A stretch of DNA of 64,000 nt from Chitinophagales bacterium (GCA_038229695.1 JBBROE010000003.1:16006-80005); one strand, 5' to 3'; positions 17,876-28,348 are shown, numbered from the stretch's first letter. Notes: generated by a model not told the origin, from the letters alone. Program-made: numbers and translations.

Positions 17876-20800
17876 ATGAAAAAAAAGAATCCTCCGCACT
17901 GGCGCACTTTGCCGGACTCACCAGGCCTGTGGCGGAAGGCCGGGTATTTTCTTCCAGCACTGACGATTGCGTTTATGCTGCTGTTTGTCACTACCCGGCT
18001 GGCAGCGCAGGTCACGGTTCACGGCACTGTCCGGGATGAGAACGGCAATGGGCTGGGTTCAGTTACTGTCCTTCAGAAAAATGGCAGTGCATCAGCGCAG
18101 TCGGACAAAAGCGGCAAGTATGCTATCTCTTTATCCCAGAGTAAATCGGTGCTCACCTTTTCCCATGTAGGTTATTCCACCAAAGAGATTCCGCTGGCAG
18201 ACAATCTCCTGCTGGATGTGCAATTACAACTCGCCAACAAAGTGCTCGACGACGTAGTGGTTACCGGCTATGGAAAGTCCAGTAAAAGAAATATTACCGG
18301 CGCAATCACCAGCATCAGCAGCGAAAATTTTAACCAGGCCGTCACCGGCTCACCGGCGCAGTTGCTGCAGGGAAAAGTAGCGGGACTGAACATCGCCAAA
18401 AGCGGCGATCCCAATGCCAACCCGGCTATCATTCTCCGTGGACCGTCCACGCTTCGGGATGGGGCCAATGAACCTTTTTATGTGATCGATGGCGTACCGG
18501 GTGCATCCATTGACCTGGTGGCACCTACTGATATTGAAACCATCGATGTGCTGAAGGATGCGTCGTCGACGGCCATCTATGGATCGCGGGCAGCAAATGG
18601 CGTCATTATGATTACCACCAAGCGCGCAAAGGCCGGGCAGTCGCATTTGTCTTATAATCCCTACGTAGGTTTTGAAACTGTTTCGAACCGTATCGATATG
18701 CTCACCGGTGATGAACTTCGTGCCTATCTCGCCAAAAATGGCCAAACGCTGTCGTCTGAATACGACAACAAGGGGGTAAACACCAATTGGCAGAAAGAAG
18801 TACAGCGGACGGGCGTTTCCCAGAACCATAACCTGGCATTCACCGGGGCAAAGGGCAACACGCTTTACAGCGCCAGCATCAATTACTTTGACAACGAAGG
18901 TATCATCAAGACCACTTCCCTGAAAAGGGTGATTGCGCACCTCAACCTGGAACAGAAATTTTTTAACGACCGCCTTAAACTCGGGGTCTCCCTCACAAAA
19001 AGTACCACCAACCACACGGATGTAGACCAGGGGTCGCTGTTTGGCAATATGCTAACCTATCTTCCGACCGTTAGCGTGCGGAAAACGGATGGCAGTTTTA
19101 CGGAAGACTTCGCGCGCGGTGGATACCTGAATCCTGTTGGCATCATTGCCAATAATGATATTAAAGGAAAGGAAGAAAAGACCCTGCTCACGGGTCTTGC
19201 TGAAGTTAAAATCCTGAAAGGGCTCCAGTATACCCTAAGTATTTCCGATCAAACGGAAGCCATCACGCGGAATATCTATAACAACGTGTACTCTGGCCTC
19301 GCCGTGGGTGCCAACGGCAAAGCCTACCGGGGTGCGTATGAAAACCATAAACAGGTGCTGGAGTCGTATCTCAACTATGATAAAACGTTTGGTCAGCACA
19401 ACATTAAATTACTCGGCGGGTATTCCTGGCAGCAGGACCGCGTGGGAGACGGGTTCGGGGTATCTACCCAGGGGTACAGCAACGATTTGCTGACCTACTA
19501 TAATCTCTATGTCAGCAATCCCATCACGGTTGGAAATGTGAACTTTGATAATGCGGCGATTTCCACGCTGCGGCTCATTTCTTTTTATGGCAGGGTCAAT
19601 TACCAGTTTGGTGACAAGTACCTTTTCCAGGCCTCAATCCGGGATGATGGATCCTCGGCCTTTGGTGCCAACCACCGCTGGGGGTATTTTCCCGCAGTAT
19701 CTGCCGGCTGGCGCATCAGTAAAGAAGCTTTCATGGACAACGTTCATTTCTTTGACGATCTGAAACTGCGTGCCGGTTATGGCGTTTCCGGAAATTCACT
19801 GGGATTCAATGCCTTTACATCCATCCTGCGCTACGGTTCGGCCGGAAGGTATTACAGCAACGGCCAGCTGCTGACGGCGCTGGGTGTGGTACAGAATGAA
19901 AACCCGGATTTAAAATGGGAGAGCACGTCGATGACCAATATCGGGCTTGATTTTGCCATCCTCCACAACCGGGTTAGCGGTTCGCTGGATTATTATGTAA
20001 AGAATACGTCGGATTTGATTTGGGATTACCCGGTATCGACTACGCAATACTTTGTAAACATACTCACTGCCAATGTAGGGGAAGTGAGAAACACGGGTAT
20101 TGAACTTACCCTTAACGCCACACCGGTGAAGTCTAAAAATTTCAGCTGGAATACCTCTTTTAACATCGCTCACAATAAAAATGAAGTGGTGTCTTTATCA
20201 AGTGATAAGTTTTCACTGTCTTCCATCCCTACCGCGTACCTCGGGGGCAAAGGGCAAACGGGAAACTGGAGCCAGGTGGTCACCCAGGGACAACCGATCG
20301 GCACCTTCGCTTTGTGGCATTATCTTGGGAAAAATGCGGCCGGAACCAGCACGTTTGAAAAAGCCGATGGTACCGTGGTAGCATCACAGCCATTGACGTC
20401 CGACTTTAAAAATCCCGGTAACGCACAACCGAAATATACTTTCGGGTGGAATAACAGCTTTACCTATAAAAGTGTTGATTTCAATTTCTTTCTCCGGGGT
20501 GTAACGGGTAACAAGATTCTCAATAATACCCTTGCCGCACTCAACAGCCCCGCTGATTCTAAAAACAACAATGTGCCCCGGTTTACCCTGGGAGAAGCAT
20601 TTACCGACAACGTGGCGTACCTGACGTCTGATCGCTTCCTTGAGAACGGGTCTTATCTAAGGCTGGATAATGCCACTATCGGGTATACCCTGAAAACGGG
20701 TTCCGCTGCCATTTCCCGCCTCCGGTTTTACGTGGCAGGTACCAACCTGTTTACCGTCACCAGCTACCGCGGTATAGACCCGGAAATTAATATCGGCGGT

Positions 20801-20878
20801 ATTACCCCGGGTATCGATAACCGGAATTTTTATCCTAAGACAAGATCGCTGATCATCGGCGCAAACCTTATATTTTAA
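17876..20878 (+). CDS. SusC/RagA-family TonB-dependent outer-membrane transporter
   Basis: 1000 aa; carboxypeptidase-regulatory-like domain (VTVHGTVRDENGNGLGSVTV), plug with the SusC signature VVVTGYGKSSKRNITGAI..SRAANGVIMITTKR, terminal ..GANLIF. Confidence 0.95.
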   Translation: MKKKNPPHWRTLPDSPGLWRKAGYFLPALTIAFMLLFVTTRLAAQVTVHGTVRDENGNGLGSVTVLQKNGSASAQSDKSGKYAISLSQSKSVLTFSHVGYSTKEIPLADNLLLDVQLQLANKVLDDVVVTGYGKSSKRNITGAITSISSENFNQAVTGSPAQLLQGKVAGLNIAKSGDPNANPAIILRGPSTLRDGANEPFYVIDGVPGASIDLVAPTDIETIDVLKDASSTAIYGSRAANGVIMITTKRAKAGQSHLSYNPYVGFETVSNRIDMLTGDELRAYLAKNGQTLSSEYDNKGVNTNWQKEVQRTGVSQNHNLAFTGAKGNTLYSASINYFDNEGIIKTTSLKRVIAHLNLEQKFFNDRLKLGVSLTKSTTNHTDVDQGSLFGNMLTYLPTVSVRKTDGSFTEDFARGGYLNPVGIIANNDIKGKEEKTLLTGLAEVKILKGLQYTLSISDQTEAITRNIYNNVYSGLAVGANGKAYRGAYENHKQVLESYLNYDKTFGQHNIKLLGGYSWQQDRVGDGFGVSTQGYSNDLLTYYNLYVSNPITVGNVNFDNAAISTLRLISFYGRVNYQFGDKYLFQASIRDDGSSAFGANHRWGYFPAVSAGWRISKEAFMDNVHFFDDLKLRAGYGVSGNSLGFNAFTSILRYGSAGRYYSNGQLLTALGVVQNENPDLKWESTSMTNIGLDFAILHNRVSGSLDYYVKNTSDLIWDYPVSTTQYFVNILTANVGEVRNTGIELTLNATPVKSKNFSWNTSFNIAHNKNEVVSLSSDKFSLSSIPTAYLGGKGQTGNWSQVVTQGQPIGTFALWHYLGKNAAGTSTFEKADGTVVASQPLTSDFKNPGNAQPKYTFGWNNSFTYKSVDFNFFLRGVTGNKILNNTLAALNSPADSKNNNVPRFTLGEAFTDNVAYLTSDRFLENGSYLRLDNATIGYTLKTGSAAISRLRFYVAGTNLFTVTSYRGIDPEINIGGITPGIDNRNFYPKTRSLIIGANLIF

Positions 20879-20895
20879 CCGTTAATTCATTCATT

Positions 20896-22536
20896 ATGCA
20901 AAAGCTATTATTTATTGTGCTGTCTGTTGTCCTGGTTGCAGGCGCCGGCTGTACCAAGCTGGATGTTAAAGTGGAGTCACAGTACGTGAGCTCCAACTTC
21001 CCGGTAACTGCGCGGGACTATGCGGCGATTATCGGGCCGATCTACAGCCAGTTGTCTTCGAAATATGCGATCGAATATTTCAGGATGCAGGAATTGTCGA
21101 CTGATGAACTCATCCTTCCCGGCCGTGACGGTAATTACGACGATGGGGGCCAGTACCGGCAGCATCACCACCATACCTGGACCAAGGATCACAGCAATGT
21201 AAAAGACGTCTGGGAATGGGGTTTTGGCGGCATCAATACCTGCAACCGCATCCTTAACATTGTTAACCAGTCGCCAACCCCCGCCACGGACCCGGCCAAA
21301 CTCAGCGCCCTCGCGGAGGTGAAAGCGATGCGTGGGTTTTTCTACTTTTTAATGATGGACATCTACGGGAATGTGCCGATCGTCGACAGTTTCCCGGTGA
21401 GTGACTTGCCCTCCACGAAATCAAGAGCGGATGTATTCAAGTTCATTGAAAAGGAAATCAAGGCGGTTGTTTCCGTGTTGCCGTCAAAAAGCGGGGCCAA
21501 CGCGGTGTCTACGTATGGCCACCCTACGCAGGGCATGGCTTATGCTTTGCTGGCGAAGATGTACATCAACAGTGAAGCTTATACCGGTACCCCGCGGTAT
21601 GCTGATGCCGTAGCGATGTGCGACAGTGTCATTGCCAATAAGGCATATGTGCTGGATGCGAACTGGGCTTCCATATTTGCCCCGGACAACGGGCCGCAGA
21701 TCACCGAAACGGTATTTGCCATTCCCTATGACCCTTTGCTGATTCCCGGGCAGCAGTTTACCCGGCATGGTATTATGGCCTATCTCTACCCGAAATACAG
21801 TGTCCCCTCCAACCTCAGTATTTCCATGAGCACTACGCCGGCTTTTTATGCGCGGTTCAACCTGCCGGGTGATGTACGCACGAACAGCTGGCTGGTGGGC
21901 AGGCAATATAACAACGACGGTACACCGTTTACACTCACGTTAAAAGCGAAAACGCTTGATGCGTCCTATCCGGGTGCTGATAAAGACACGGTCTGGCAGA
22001 TGGACATCACCAAAGATATTATCATGAAAGGAACCAAGCCTTTCGACGTGGGTAATGATTACCTTGCCCGATGCATGGGTATTCGTTCAGTAAAATATTT
22101 TCCCGATCCCGCCACCACTGCGGCAACACGCATGAGTGGAAACGATGTGCCTGTTTTCCGGCTGGCAGATATTTACCTGATGAAGGCGGAAGCCATCCTG
22201 CGCGGAGGTCCGATCAGTACAGTGAACGGCGAATTGCAGACGCCGCTTCTCCTGGTTAATAAAGTGAGGGCACGTGCCAAGGCGCAACTGGCCTTGTCCA
22301 TAGACCTGCCCGGGATGCTGGATGAACGTGCCAGGGAACTCTCCTGGGAAGAATGGCGCCGGAATGATTTAATCCGGTTCGGGCAATTTGAAGTGGAATA
22401 TCCCATCCCCGGTGACCTCGCCGTAAGCGGTTATGTACCGGGAATGGACAAAAGCACCTTCCGGAGGATCTTCCCGGTCCCTGCCAGCGAACTGAAACTA
22501 AATCCGAAACTAACGCAGAATCCCGGCTACCAGTAA
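20896..22536 (+). CDS. SusD/RagB-family nutrient-binding lipoprotein
   Basis: Lipobox LVAGAGCTK, immediately downstream of SusC. RagB/SusD hallmarks: FRLADIYLMKAEAIL, ERARELSWEEWRRNDLIRF. Confidence 0.9.
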   Translation: MQKLLFIVLSVVLVAGAGCTKLDVKVESQYVSSNFPVTARDYAAIIGPIYSQLSSKYAIEYFRMQELSTDELILPGRDGNYDDGGQYRQHHHHTWTKDHSNVKDVWEWGFGGINTCNRILNIVNQSPTPATDPAKLSALAEVKAMRGFFYFLMMDIYGNVPIVDSFPVSDLPSTKSRADVFKFIEKEIKAVVSVLPSKSGANAVSTYGHPTQGMAYALLAKMYINSEAYTGTPRYADAVAMCDSVIANKAYVLDANWASIFAPDNGPQITETVFAIPYDPLLIPGQQFTRHGIMAYLYPKYSVPSNLSISMSTTPAFYARFNLPGDVRTNSWLVGRQYNNDGTPFTLTLKAKTLDASYPGADKDTVWQMDITKDIIMKGTKPFDVGNDYLARCMGIRSVKYFPDPATTAATRMSGNDVPVFRLADIYLMKAEAILRGGPISTVNGELQTPLLLVNKVRARAKAQLALSIDLPGMLDERARELSWEEWRRNDLIRFGQFEVEYPIPGDLAVSGYVPGMDKSTFRRIFPVPASELKLNPKLTQNPGYQ

Positions 22537-22658
22537 ATATTGCCGGCATCAGCTTACCAGGCCGCTGTTCTTTTTAAGGACGGCGGCATTTTTGTACCGT
22601 CCCGTTAGAAGAAAAGAAAGCGAGAAAAATTTTGCCTGCGGCGATAAAAGATTCCTCA

Positions 22659-23429
22659 TTATCGTAACGCATCCTTTTCTGCCGCCCAGAAAATAGCGTT
22701 GCGAAAGAGGGTGCTGTAAGCGGGATTGATGAACAGGCCGGGATCGTGACCCATGAAAATATAGATATTCCTGGCGGGAAAATGGTCGTTGGTCCAAACC
22801 ACCGGGTGATCCCCCATCCTCACCGCTGAGGCCGGCTGGTAGCTGCGCTCACGTACCGACGCCAGCACATGCACGTTCGGGCGCGGACTTTTGTCGAACG
22901 TATAAAATTCTTCTTTTGCGATAAAGAAGCTGCCGGGTATACCTTTCATACAGGGATGGCGGGGGGCTTCATTGGTTACGGTGGCTGATACGAAACCAGG
23001 AATATAATTTTTATACCGGATGCCACCCATAAAATCCGAAAACCAGTTCCACATCGGGTAGCCGTCAAACTCGCCGAGCAGGGCGGCATGATGGAAACCG
23101 ATCCATCCCCCTTTCCCTGTTTCAATATAGTTGCGGAATGCAGCGACGGCAGTATCTGTCCATCCATACAGCGGGTAGTCCAGCTGGATGAATAACCGGC
23201 ACTGGTCCAGCAGCGCCGTGTTGATTGCCCTGGTGGACGTGAGATAGCGGATGGTAAAATTGCTGTCAGCCGCCAGGCTGTTCAGCCAGGATTTTGCGGC
23301 TTTCACATAATCAACATGATGCCCCCCTTCCTGGGCAAGGGCAACCACGAAAAAACGCGATGGCTGCTGAGCCGAAGAAGTTGCCGAGATCAGCGTGTAA
23401 AAGGTAAAAACCAGAAGGAGCCTGTTCAT
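22659..23429 (-). CDS. ThuA-like domain protein (secreted)
   Basis: Signal peptide MNRLLLVFTFYTLISATSSAQ; ..GGWIGFHHAALL.., ..HPVVWTNDH.. resemble the ThuA (trehalose-utilisation) fold family. Confidence 0.7.
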   Translation of the reverse strand: MNRLLLVFTFYTLISATSSAQQPSRFFVVALAQEGGHHVDYVKAAKSWLNSLAADSNFTIRYLTSTRAINTALLDQCRLFIQLDYPLYGWTDTAVAAFRNYIETGKGGWIGFHHAALLGEFDGYPMWNWFSDFMGGIRYKNYIPGFVSATVTNEAPRHPCMKGIPGSFFIAKEEFYTFDKSPRPNVHVLASVRERSYQPASAVRMGDHPVVWTNDHFPARNIYIFMGHDPGLFINPAYSTLFRNAIFWAAEKDALR

Positions 23430-23615
23430 GGTTCAATATACGATGCTTTCATTTTTTTTTGCGGGACCATGGAGCGTTAAAGAACTGATAAAGCTGAAAG
23501 GCAGGGCTAGGGATAATGCTGTCCGTGGCATGGTATTCCGGCAGGTAAAGCGTTAGGGAAGGTTGACCGGCGGGATAACCCGGCCAGGCCACTATTTTTT
23601 AACCCAACCACAGTT

Positions 23616-23894
23616 ATGTACAAAATTAAAATATTCGGAAGCGCCCAGCGGCAGCTGCTGGAGGCGGATGTCAACGAATGGCTTGGTGAGCATAAAGACA
23701 TCCTGGTACATCATAGCAACCTGTCGGCCCGGCCAGAACATAGCGCGGGAAACGGGGAGCTTCATTTTTACCTGCTGTATACCGGGCCTGATGAACAGGG
23801 AGAAGAGCTGAAGGAAATGGCAGCCAGCGTTTCTGCTGACCAGTCGATAGAAGCCCGGGATATCAATCCCGAGATTTTGTTGTCGACGAGTTGA
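23616..23894 (+). CDS. small protein, possibly Cse60-like
   Basis: MYKIKIFGSAQRQLLEADVNEWLGEHKDILVHHSNL..ELHFYLLYT follows the pattern I associate with the Cse60 family. This is recalled similarity only. Its stop is 4 nt from the convergent dipeptidase stop. Confidence 0.4.
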   Translation: MYKIKIFGSAQRQLLEADVNEWLGEHKDILVHHSNLSARPEHSAGNGELHFYLLYTGPDEQGEELKEMAASVSADQSIEARDINPEILLSTS

Positions 23895-23898
23895 GCGT

Positions 23899-24969
23899 TC
23901 ACTGGTTTTTCCAGGCCTTGCGCAGGAAACGCGTGAAGTTGCCATGAAAAATATTTGTGGTGTCGGCGGTGCTGTACCCACGGCGGAAGAGCAGGTCTTC
24001 CAGCTGTTGGAGATCGGCAATGCTGTCGAGGTCCGCGGGACACTGTTCTTTTCCGAAACCTCCGTCGAGGTCGGTGCCAATGCCGGCATGAAGTGTATTG
24101 CCGGCCAGCTGGCAGATGTGATCGATGTGGTTGATTAAGGTAGCTAGAGTACAGTTGGCGGAAGCCGGGGTGCTGGTGCCGCGCTGCCAGCCGGGTACCA
24201 TCATCCATGCATCGAGGGCACAGCCGATGACGGCGTCTTTTTGTACCAGCGTTTTTATCTGGTCATCGCTGAACTGGCGGTCATTCGGTACCAGTGCGCG
24301 GCAATTGTTGTGACTGGCCCAGACCGGTCCGTTAAAAAGTTCCATGGCCTGCCAGAAGGCGTCGTCGCACAGGTGGGTGGCATCCAGTATAATTTGAAGA
24401 GATTCCATTTTACGGAGCAGGGCAATACCTTCCCGGGTCATTTTACCGGATGAGCCGGTCCCGTTGGCGTAGCGGCCGGGGCCGTAATGCGCCGGGCCCA
24501 GAGCGCGCAGGCCATAAGCCCAGGCGATGTCAAGGTGGTCAGGGGTAATGATGGAGTCAGCTCCTTCAAGGCTGAGGATATAGCCGACAGGCTGGCTCAC
24601 CGGATTGCTGTTCCATTGCTCCAGTTGCAGGTCGAGACCGGCCAGATCGGTCACCTGCACCATTTCGCCTTTGGCTTCCATTGCCCGGTACCACGCGAGC
24701 TGGCCCTGTGTCTGGGCCCATGCCTGCTCCGGCGAATGCCAGCCAGGTCGCGGGTTGCCGACAGCTACATGGCGGGCAATCTGCGTGGCTACCACCAGGC
24801 CGATATTTCCCCGGCGTAGCGCCGGCAGGGAAACTACACCCTGTCCGCGGTCGGGCTTATCGGTCATCCCGGCCTCCCGCTCACGGATATGGGTAACCGA
24901 TTGAGTAAGGTCGCGGTTCCACTCCATAGCATTCATACTTAAATCGAGGTGTGCATCGAGGATAAACAT
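23899..24969 (-). CDS. membrane (renal-type) dipeptidase, peptidase family M19
   Basis: Start refined to MFILDAHLDLSMNAMEWNRDL (HxD metal site); ..LSLEGADSI.., ..ASHNNCRAL.., ..GIGTDLDGGF.. Confidence 0.85.
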   Translation of the reverse strand: MFILDAHLDLSMNAMEWNRDLTQSVTHIREREAGMTDKPDRGQGVVSLPALRRGNIGLVVATQIARHVAVGNPRPGWHSPEQAWAQTQGQLAWYRAMEAKGEMVQVTDLAGLDLQLEQWNSNPVSQPVGYILSLEGADSIITPDHLDIAWAYGLRALGPAHYGPGRYANGTGSSGKMTREGIALLRKMESLQIILDATHLCDDAFWQAMELFNGPVWASHNNCRALVPNDRQFSDDQIKTLVQKDAVIGCALDAWMMVPGWQRGTSTPASANCTLATLINHIDHICQLAGNTLHAGIGTDLDGGFGKEQCPADLDSIADLQQLEDLLFRRGYSTADTTNIFHGNFTRFLRKAWKNQ

Positions 24970-25237
24970 ACCGGGTATTTGTATTTTTGACAGGCGGGCA
25001 GGTAAAAATAATGATCTATGGCGGAAATGAAAAAACCGTGCGCGGGGACTACTGCTGCCTGGCGCGATGCCGTACAAAAGTGCGACGCAACAGCGATCGG
25101 CGATGTGCCGCTGCCCGGTCCACCATTGACCACCGAAAAATTGATCGCGCGAAATTAATAGGGCTGGTTTTAAAGAAACGATAACTTGCGCCGGCGGCTG
25201 TGAACGGCCTTTTTTGTTGTATGCTAAAAAAAAAATT

Positions 25238-26008
25238 ATGTACAGATTTGTATTTGTGTTCCTCCTTTTGTTGGGTAGAACGGCCGCGGCCCAGCCGGCA
25301 CGGTACAGCGTTGAGAACCTCCATTCGCATAATGATTATGAAAAGTTGTTCCCGTTTCACGCTGCCTATAACCGTGGCTTCGGATCGATTGAAGCAGACA
25401 TTTTTCTCTACCATGGCAGGCTGATCGTGGCGCATGATACGGTGCAGCGCGCCTGGGGAAGAACGCTGGACTCGATGTACCTGAAACCACTGGACAGTTG
25501 TATGCGGGTAAATCATGGTTACCCCTATCCGGACAGCGCCCGGTCGCTGCAATTACTGATAGATTTGAAAACGGACAGCACCGCTACGCTGGCGCAGTTG
25601 CTGAAGGAGCTGAAAAAATACCCGCGGCTTACGGCAGGTGGTAAACTGCAGGTAGTGATAACCGGGAACCGGCCCAACCCGGCGGATTTTGCGCGGTACC
25701 CGGCCTTTATCTCGTTCGACGGCGAACTGCATGTCGTCTACCCCGATAAAGCCTGCAGCCGGATCAGGATGCTGAGTGATAACTTTAAAAATTTCAGTAA
25801 ATGGGATGGGCAGTCCCCACTGCCGGAAGCGGACAGCATAATCCTTGCCCATATCATTACCGGGGGGCATGCCCTGCATAAAAAAGTAAGGTTCTGGAAT
25901 GCACCGGACAACCCGGCCGCCTGGAGGGTATTTATGAAACTGGGGGTCGATTACCTGAACACCGACCACATCAATGCGGCAGCGGATTTCATGGCGGCAC
26001 AACCCTGA
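25238..26008 (+). CDS. PI-PLC X-domain / glycerophosphodiesterase-like (AIM6-type) secreted protein
   Basis: Start refined to MYRFVFVFLLLLGRTAAAQ; ENLHSHNDYEK..GFGSIEADIFLYHGRLIVAHD is the motif of this family. Confidence 0.7.
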   Translation: MYRFVFVFLLLLGRTAAAQPARYSVENLHSHNDYEKLFPFHAAYNRGFGSIEADIFLYHGRLIVAHDTVQRAWGRTLDSMYLKPLDSCMRVNHGYPYPDSARSLQLLIDLKTDSTATLAQLLKELKKYPRLTAGGKLQVVITGNRPNPADFARYPAFISFDGELHVVYPDKACSRIRMLSDNFKNFSKWDGQSPLPEADSIILAHIITGGHALHKKVRFWNAPDNPAAWRVFMKLGVDYLNTDHINAAADFMAAQP

Positions 26009-26088
26009 CACAGGGAGGTGGCTGCCCGGCATCATATAATGCGGTTAAAGGTTACCGGTATAGGTTCCCGCCGTACTGTTTGCTGGTA

Positions 26089-27987
26089 TCACTTTACCAG
26101 CTTCACCTGCGTTTTCCTGCCGCCATTCACCATTTCGAGGTAGTAGATACCGCGGGCAAGGCGCTGCAGGTCCGGAAGACTGATAGTATTGCGTCCCTGC
26201 TCCAGCCTCGCCTGCTGTTGCAGAACAGCTTTGCCCGTTCCGTCGAAGAGCGTGAGGACGGCTTGACCACGTACGGCCGAGCCGGCCGTAACCGTTACCT
26301 GGTTGAGAAACGGATTGGGAAAAACGATGAGCTGCTCCGCCGGCGTATTCTGTCTTACCAGTAGCGTCGGCGTGTAAGAGAAGGAGCCGTCATCCGCTAC
26401 CATCTTGATCCGGTAATAGAGGGTTGAATTTTTGAGGCCGGACAGGTCATCCTGCATCGTGTAGGCCGCCTGGCCGTGATGGCTGGCATTGACAACGGCG
26501 AGTACGGTAAAATTTACCCCATCGGCACTGCGGGCTACTTCATAATTTTTCAAGCTGCTCTCCTGCTGCGGTTTCCAGGACAGGAGGGTTGTTGACGCCT
26601 GCAGGGTAGCGGTGAAGTGGCTGCCACCGACTGCGAGTAGTATATTGTAGCGAAAGGGCGTGGGTACGCCCTCACCGGCATCGTCGGAAACGCCGTTCTC
26701 GTTAACGTCAATTTTATCGGCCGTTCCATTGTTCGAGGAATCAATAACGCGCAGCAGGGTGGTGCCTGCGCCGACCTCGCCGCCAACCAGGGTAGAGTTG
26801 TAATAAACGGTGTTCTGTACCAGGTTAGTGGCACGCAGCTGCAGGCGGATGACGGCCGAGTCAGTCGCCACCGGGTAGTTGGAAATACTTTGACCGGGCA
26901 GCAGCAGCAGGGTATCCGTTACGCCGTTGTACAGCGGGTTCAGTATAAGACCTGCCGGGTTGCTGACGAAACTTGCCTGGACCGCCGAAAGATTTCCGTT
27001 TCCATACGTATTTCCAAGGTTATTGGAAACCCGCACATTGGCGAGATCGATATTGCCTTTATTTTTGATCACGACGTGGTAGATAATATCTGCTGTATTT
27101 GCATTGATAACATTTCCGCCAATTAATTCTTCCGAAGCGCCTGCACCCACATTCATGTGGGTGATATCGGCGGTAGACCGCCCCATTGGGAACGGAGCGC
27201 TGTTACTGAGCGAAGCGGTATTGATATCCCAGGTATAATAGTAGCAACCCGAGCCATCGGAACCGGCTACAAACAAGCTTCCGTCAACATACCCGATGCT
27301 GAAGCACGGATGCGGTATATCGGTCAGGTAAACCGCGACCGCATCCCCCGGTCCGTCAAAATTGATCATTTCATACAGTCGGGATGGGGTATTGCCGAAG
27401 GTCATAAATACGCGGCCGTTGGGCATAAATACCATATCGCCCCAGGACAGTGAATTAGGAGCCAGCCCGGGTGGAAAGGTTAGTGGGCGGCTGGTGCCAG
27501 CTATATCTGTACCTGTCGCCACGTCGATTCTTTTTACGGCCGCCTGCCCGGTGGAAGCATTGTAGTCATAGATAATCAGGTTGTTTCCATCCTGATCGAA
27601 GCAAAGCTGGTTAATCTGGTAACTGTAGGTATAATCGGGGAGGAGTGCCGGCTGGCAGGCCAGCAGGGAATCGAAATGATAATCCATGGCATACATCTTC
27701 GTGCTGTTGCCCGAGCTGATGTCTGCGAAATAAACCTTTTTATCCTTTGGGTTGTAGGCGGTGAAGGCATTGTAAAAGGGGACACCGTTACTGCAACTCA
27801 ACAAAATGGACGGGGCACCGCTGAGGATGCCTGTGAAGAGCTGCTGTTCACCTGAAGTGCTGCTGCAGGACGGTGAGCCATGGTTGATTAGGACAGACTT
27901 TAACGACTGCTGTGCCCGGAGATCAGATCTGCTCAACAGGAATAAAATGATAGTGATAAACTGTAAAAAGGTACGGGTAGTTTTCAT
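26089..27987 (-). CDS. T9SS-secreted protein (C-terminal sorting domain), beta-propeller-like N-terminus and DUF11-like middle
   Basis: Signal peptide; C-terminal ~80 aa FPNPFLNQVTVTA..LTLFDGTGKAV..GIYYLEMVNGGRKTQVKLVK is a type A T9SS sorting domain. Confidence 0.85.
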   Translation of the reverse strand: MKTTRTFLQFITIILFLLSRSDLRAQQSLKSVLINHGSPSCSSTSGEQQLFTGILSGAPSILLSCSNGVPFYNAFTAYNPKDKKVYFADISSGNSTKMYAMDYHFDSLLACQPALLPDYTYSYQINQLCFDQDGNNLIIYDYNASTGQAAVKRIDVATGTDIAGTSRPLTFPPGLAPNSLSWGDMVFMPNGRVFMTFGNTPSRLYEMINFDGPGDAVAVYLTDIPHPCFSIGYVDGSLFVAGSDGSGCYYYTWDINTASLSNSAPFPMGRSTADITHMNVGAGASEELIGGNVINANTADIIYHVVIKNKGNIDLANVRVSNNLGNTYGNGNLSAVQASFVSNPAGLILNPLYNGVTDTLLLLPGQSISNYPVATDSAVIRLQLRATNLVQNTVYYNSTLVGGEVGAGTTLLRVIDSSNNGTADKIDVNENGVSDDAGEGVPTPFRYNILLAVGGSHFTATLQASTTLLSWKPQQESSLKNYEVARSADGVNFTVLAVVNASHHGQAAYTMQDDLSGLKNSTLYYRIKMVADDGSFSYTPTLLVRQNTPAEQLIVFPNPFLNQVTVTAGSAVRGQAVLTLFDGTGKAVLQQQARLEQGRNTISLPDLQRLARGIYYLEMVNGGRKTQVKLVK

Positions 27988-28298
27988 CTTGCTTTTTTTC
28001 TGTGACCACTTGTATCGGTTTTAGGGTTGGATTTTTTTCATAAGCCCGGGGACTCCACCGGCCTGTGCTGATAGTGACTACAAATTTACCCTTAGGGAAC
28101 AAACCGGTCAAGTGTCGGCACCGTTTTGGCCTCGTATTTTCGGTCGCCGGCGTTTTGTGGCAGCCGGGTGGGGAAAAAATCGACGAACGGCCGCCTTTTG
28201 CCGTTGAATGGAAAAAGTGGGGATAACGAAGCCTTCAAAAAAATTACGGGTACAGTATGGCGTTAGGATCGCTCATGAATATTTCTTGGCAGCCCATC

Positions 28299-28321
28299 AA
28301 AAAGCCGGGCAGCTGCCCGGC
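28299..28321 (-). terminator. rho-independent terminator of the PBP1A gene
   Basis: Perfect 18-nt palindrome GCCGGGCAGCTGCCCGGC (28304-28321), followed on the minus strand by TTTTT (28299-28303), 28 nt after the stop. Confidence 0.75.
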
Positions 28322-28348
28322 GATAAGATGAGTCGTTTCAACGACCAG

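Noticed and set aside
22537-22658. A possible bidirectional terminator between SusD and the ThuA-like gene (GCCGC..GCGGC and GGACGG..CCGTCC).
   Set aside because: The stems are only 5-6 bp with long loops and poor T runs. This is too weak to call.
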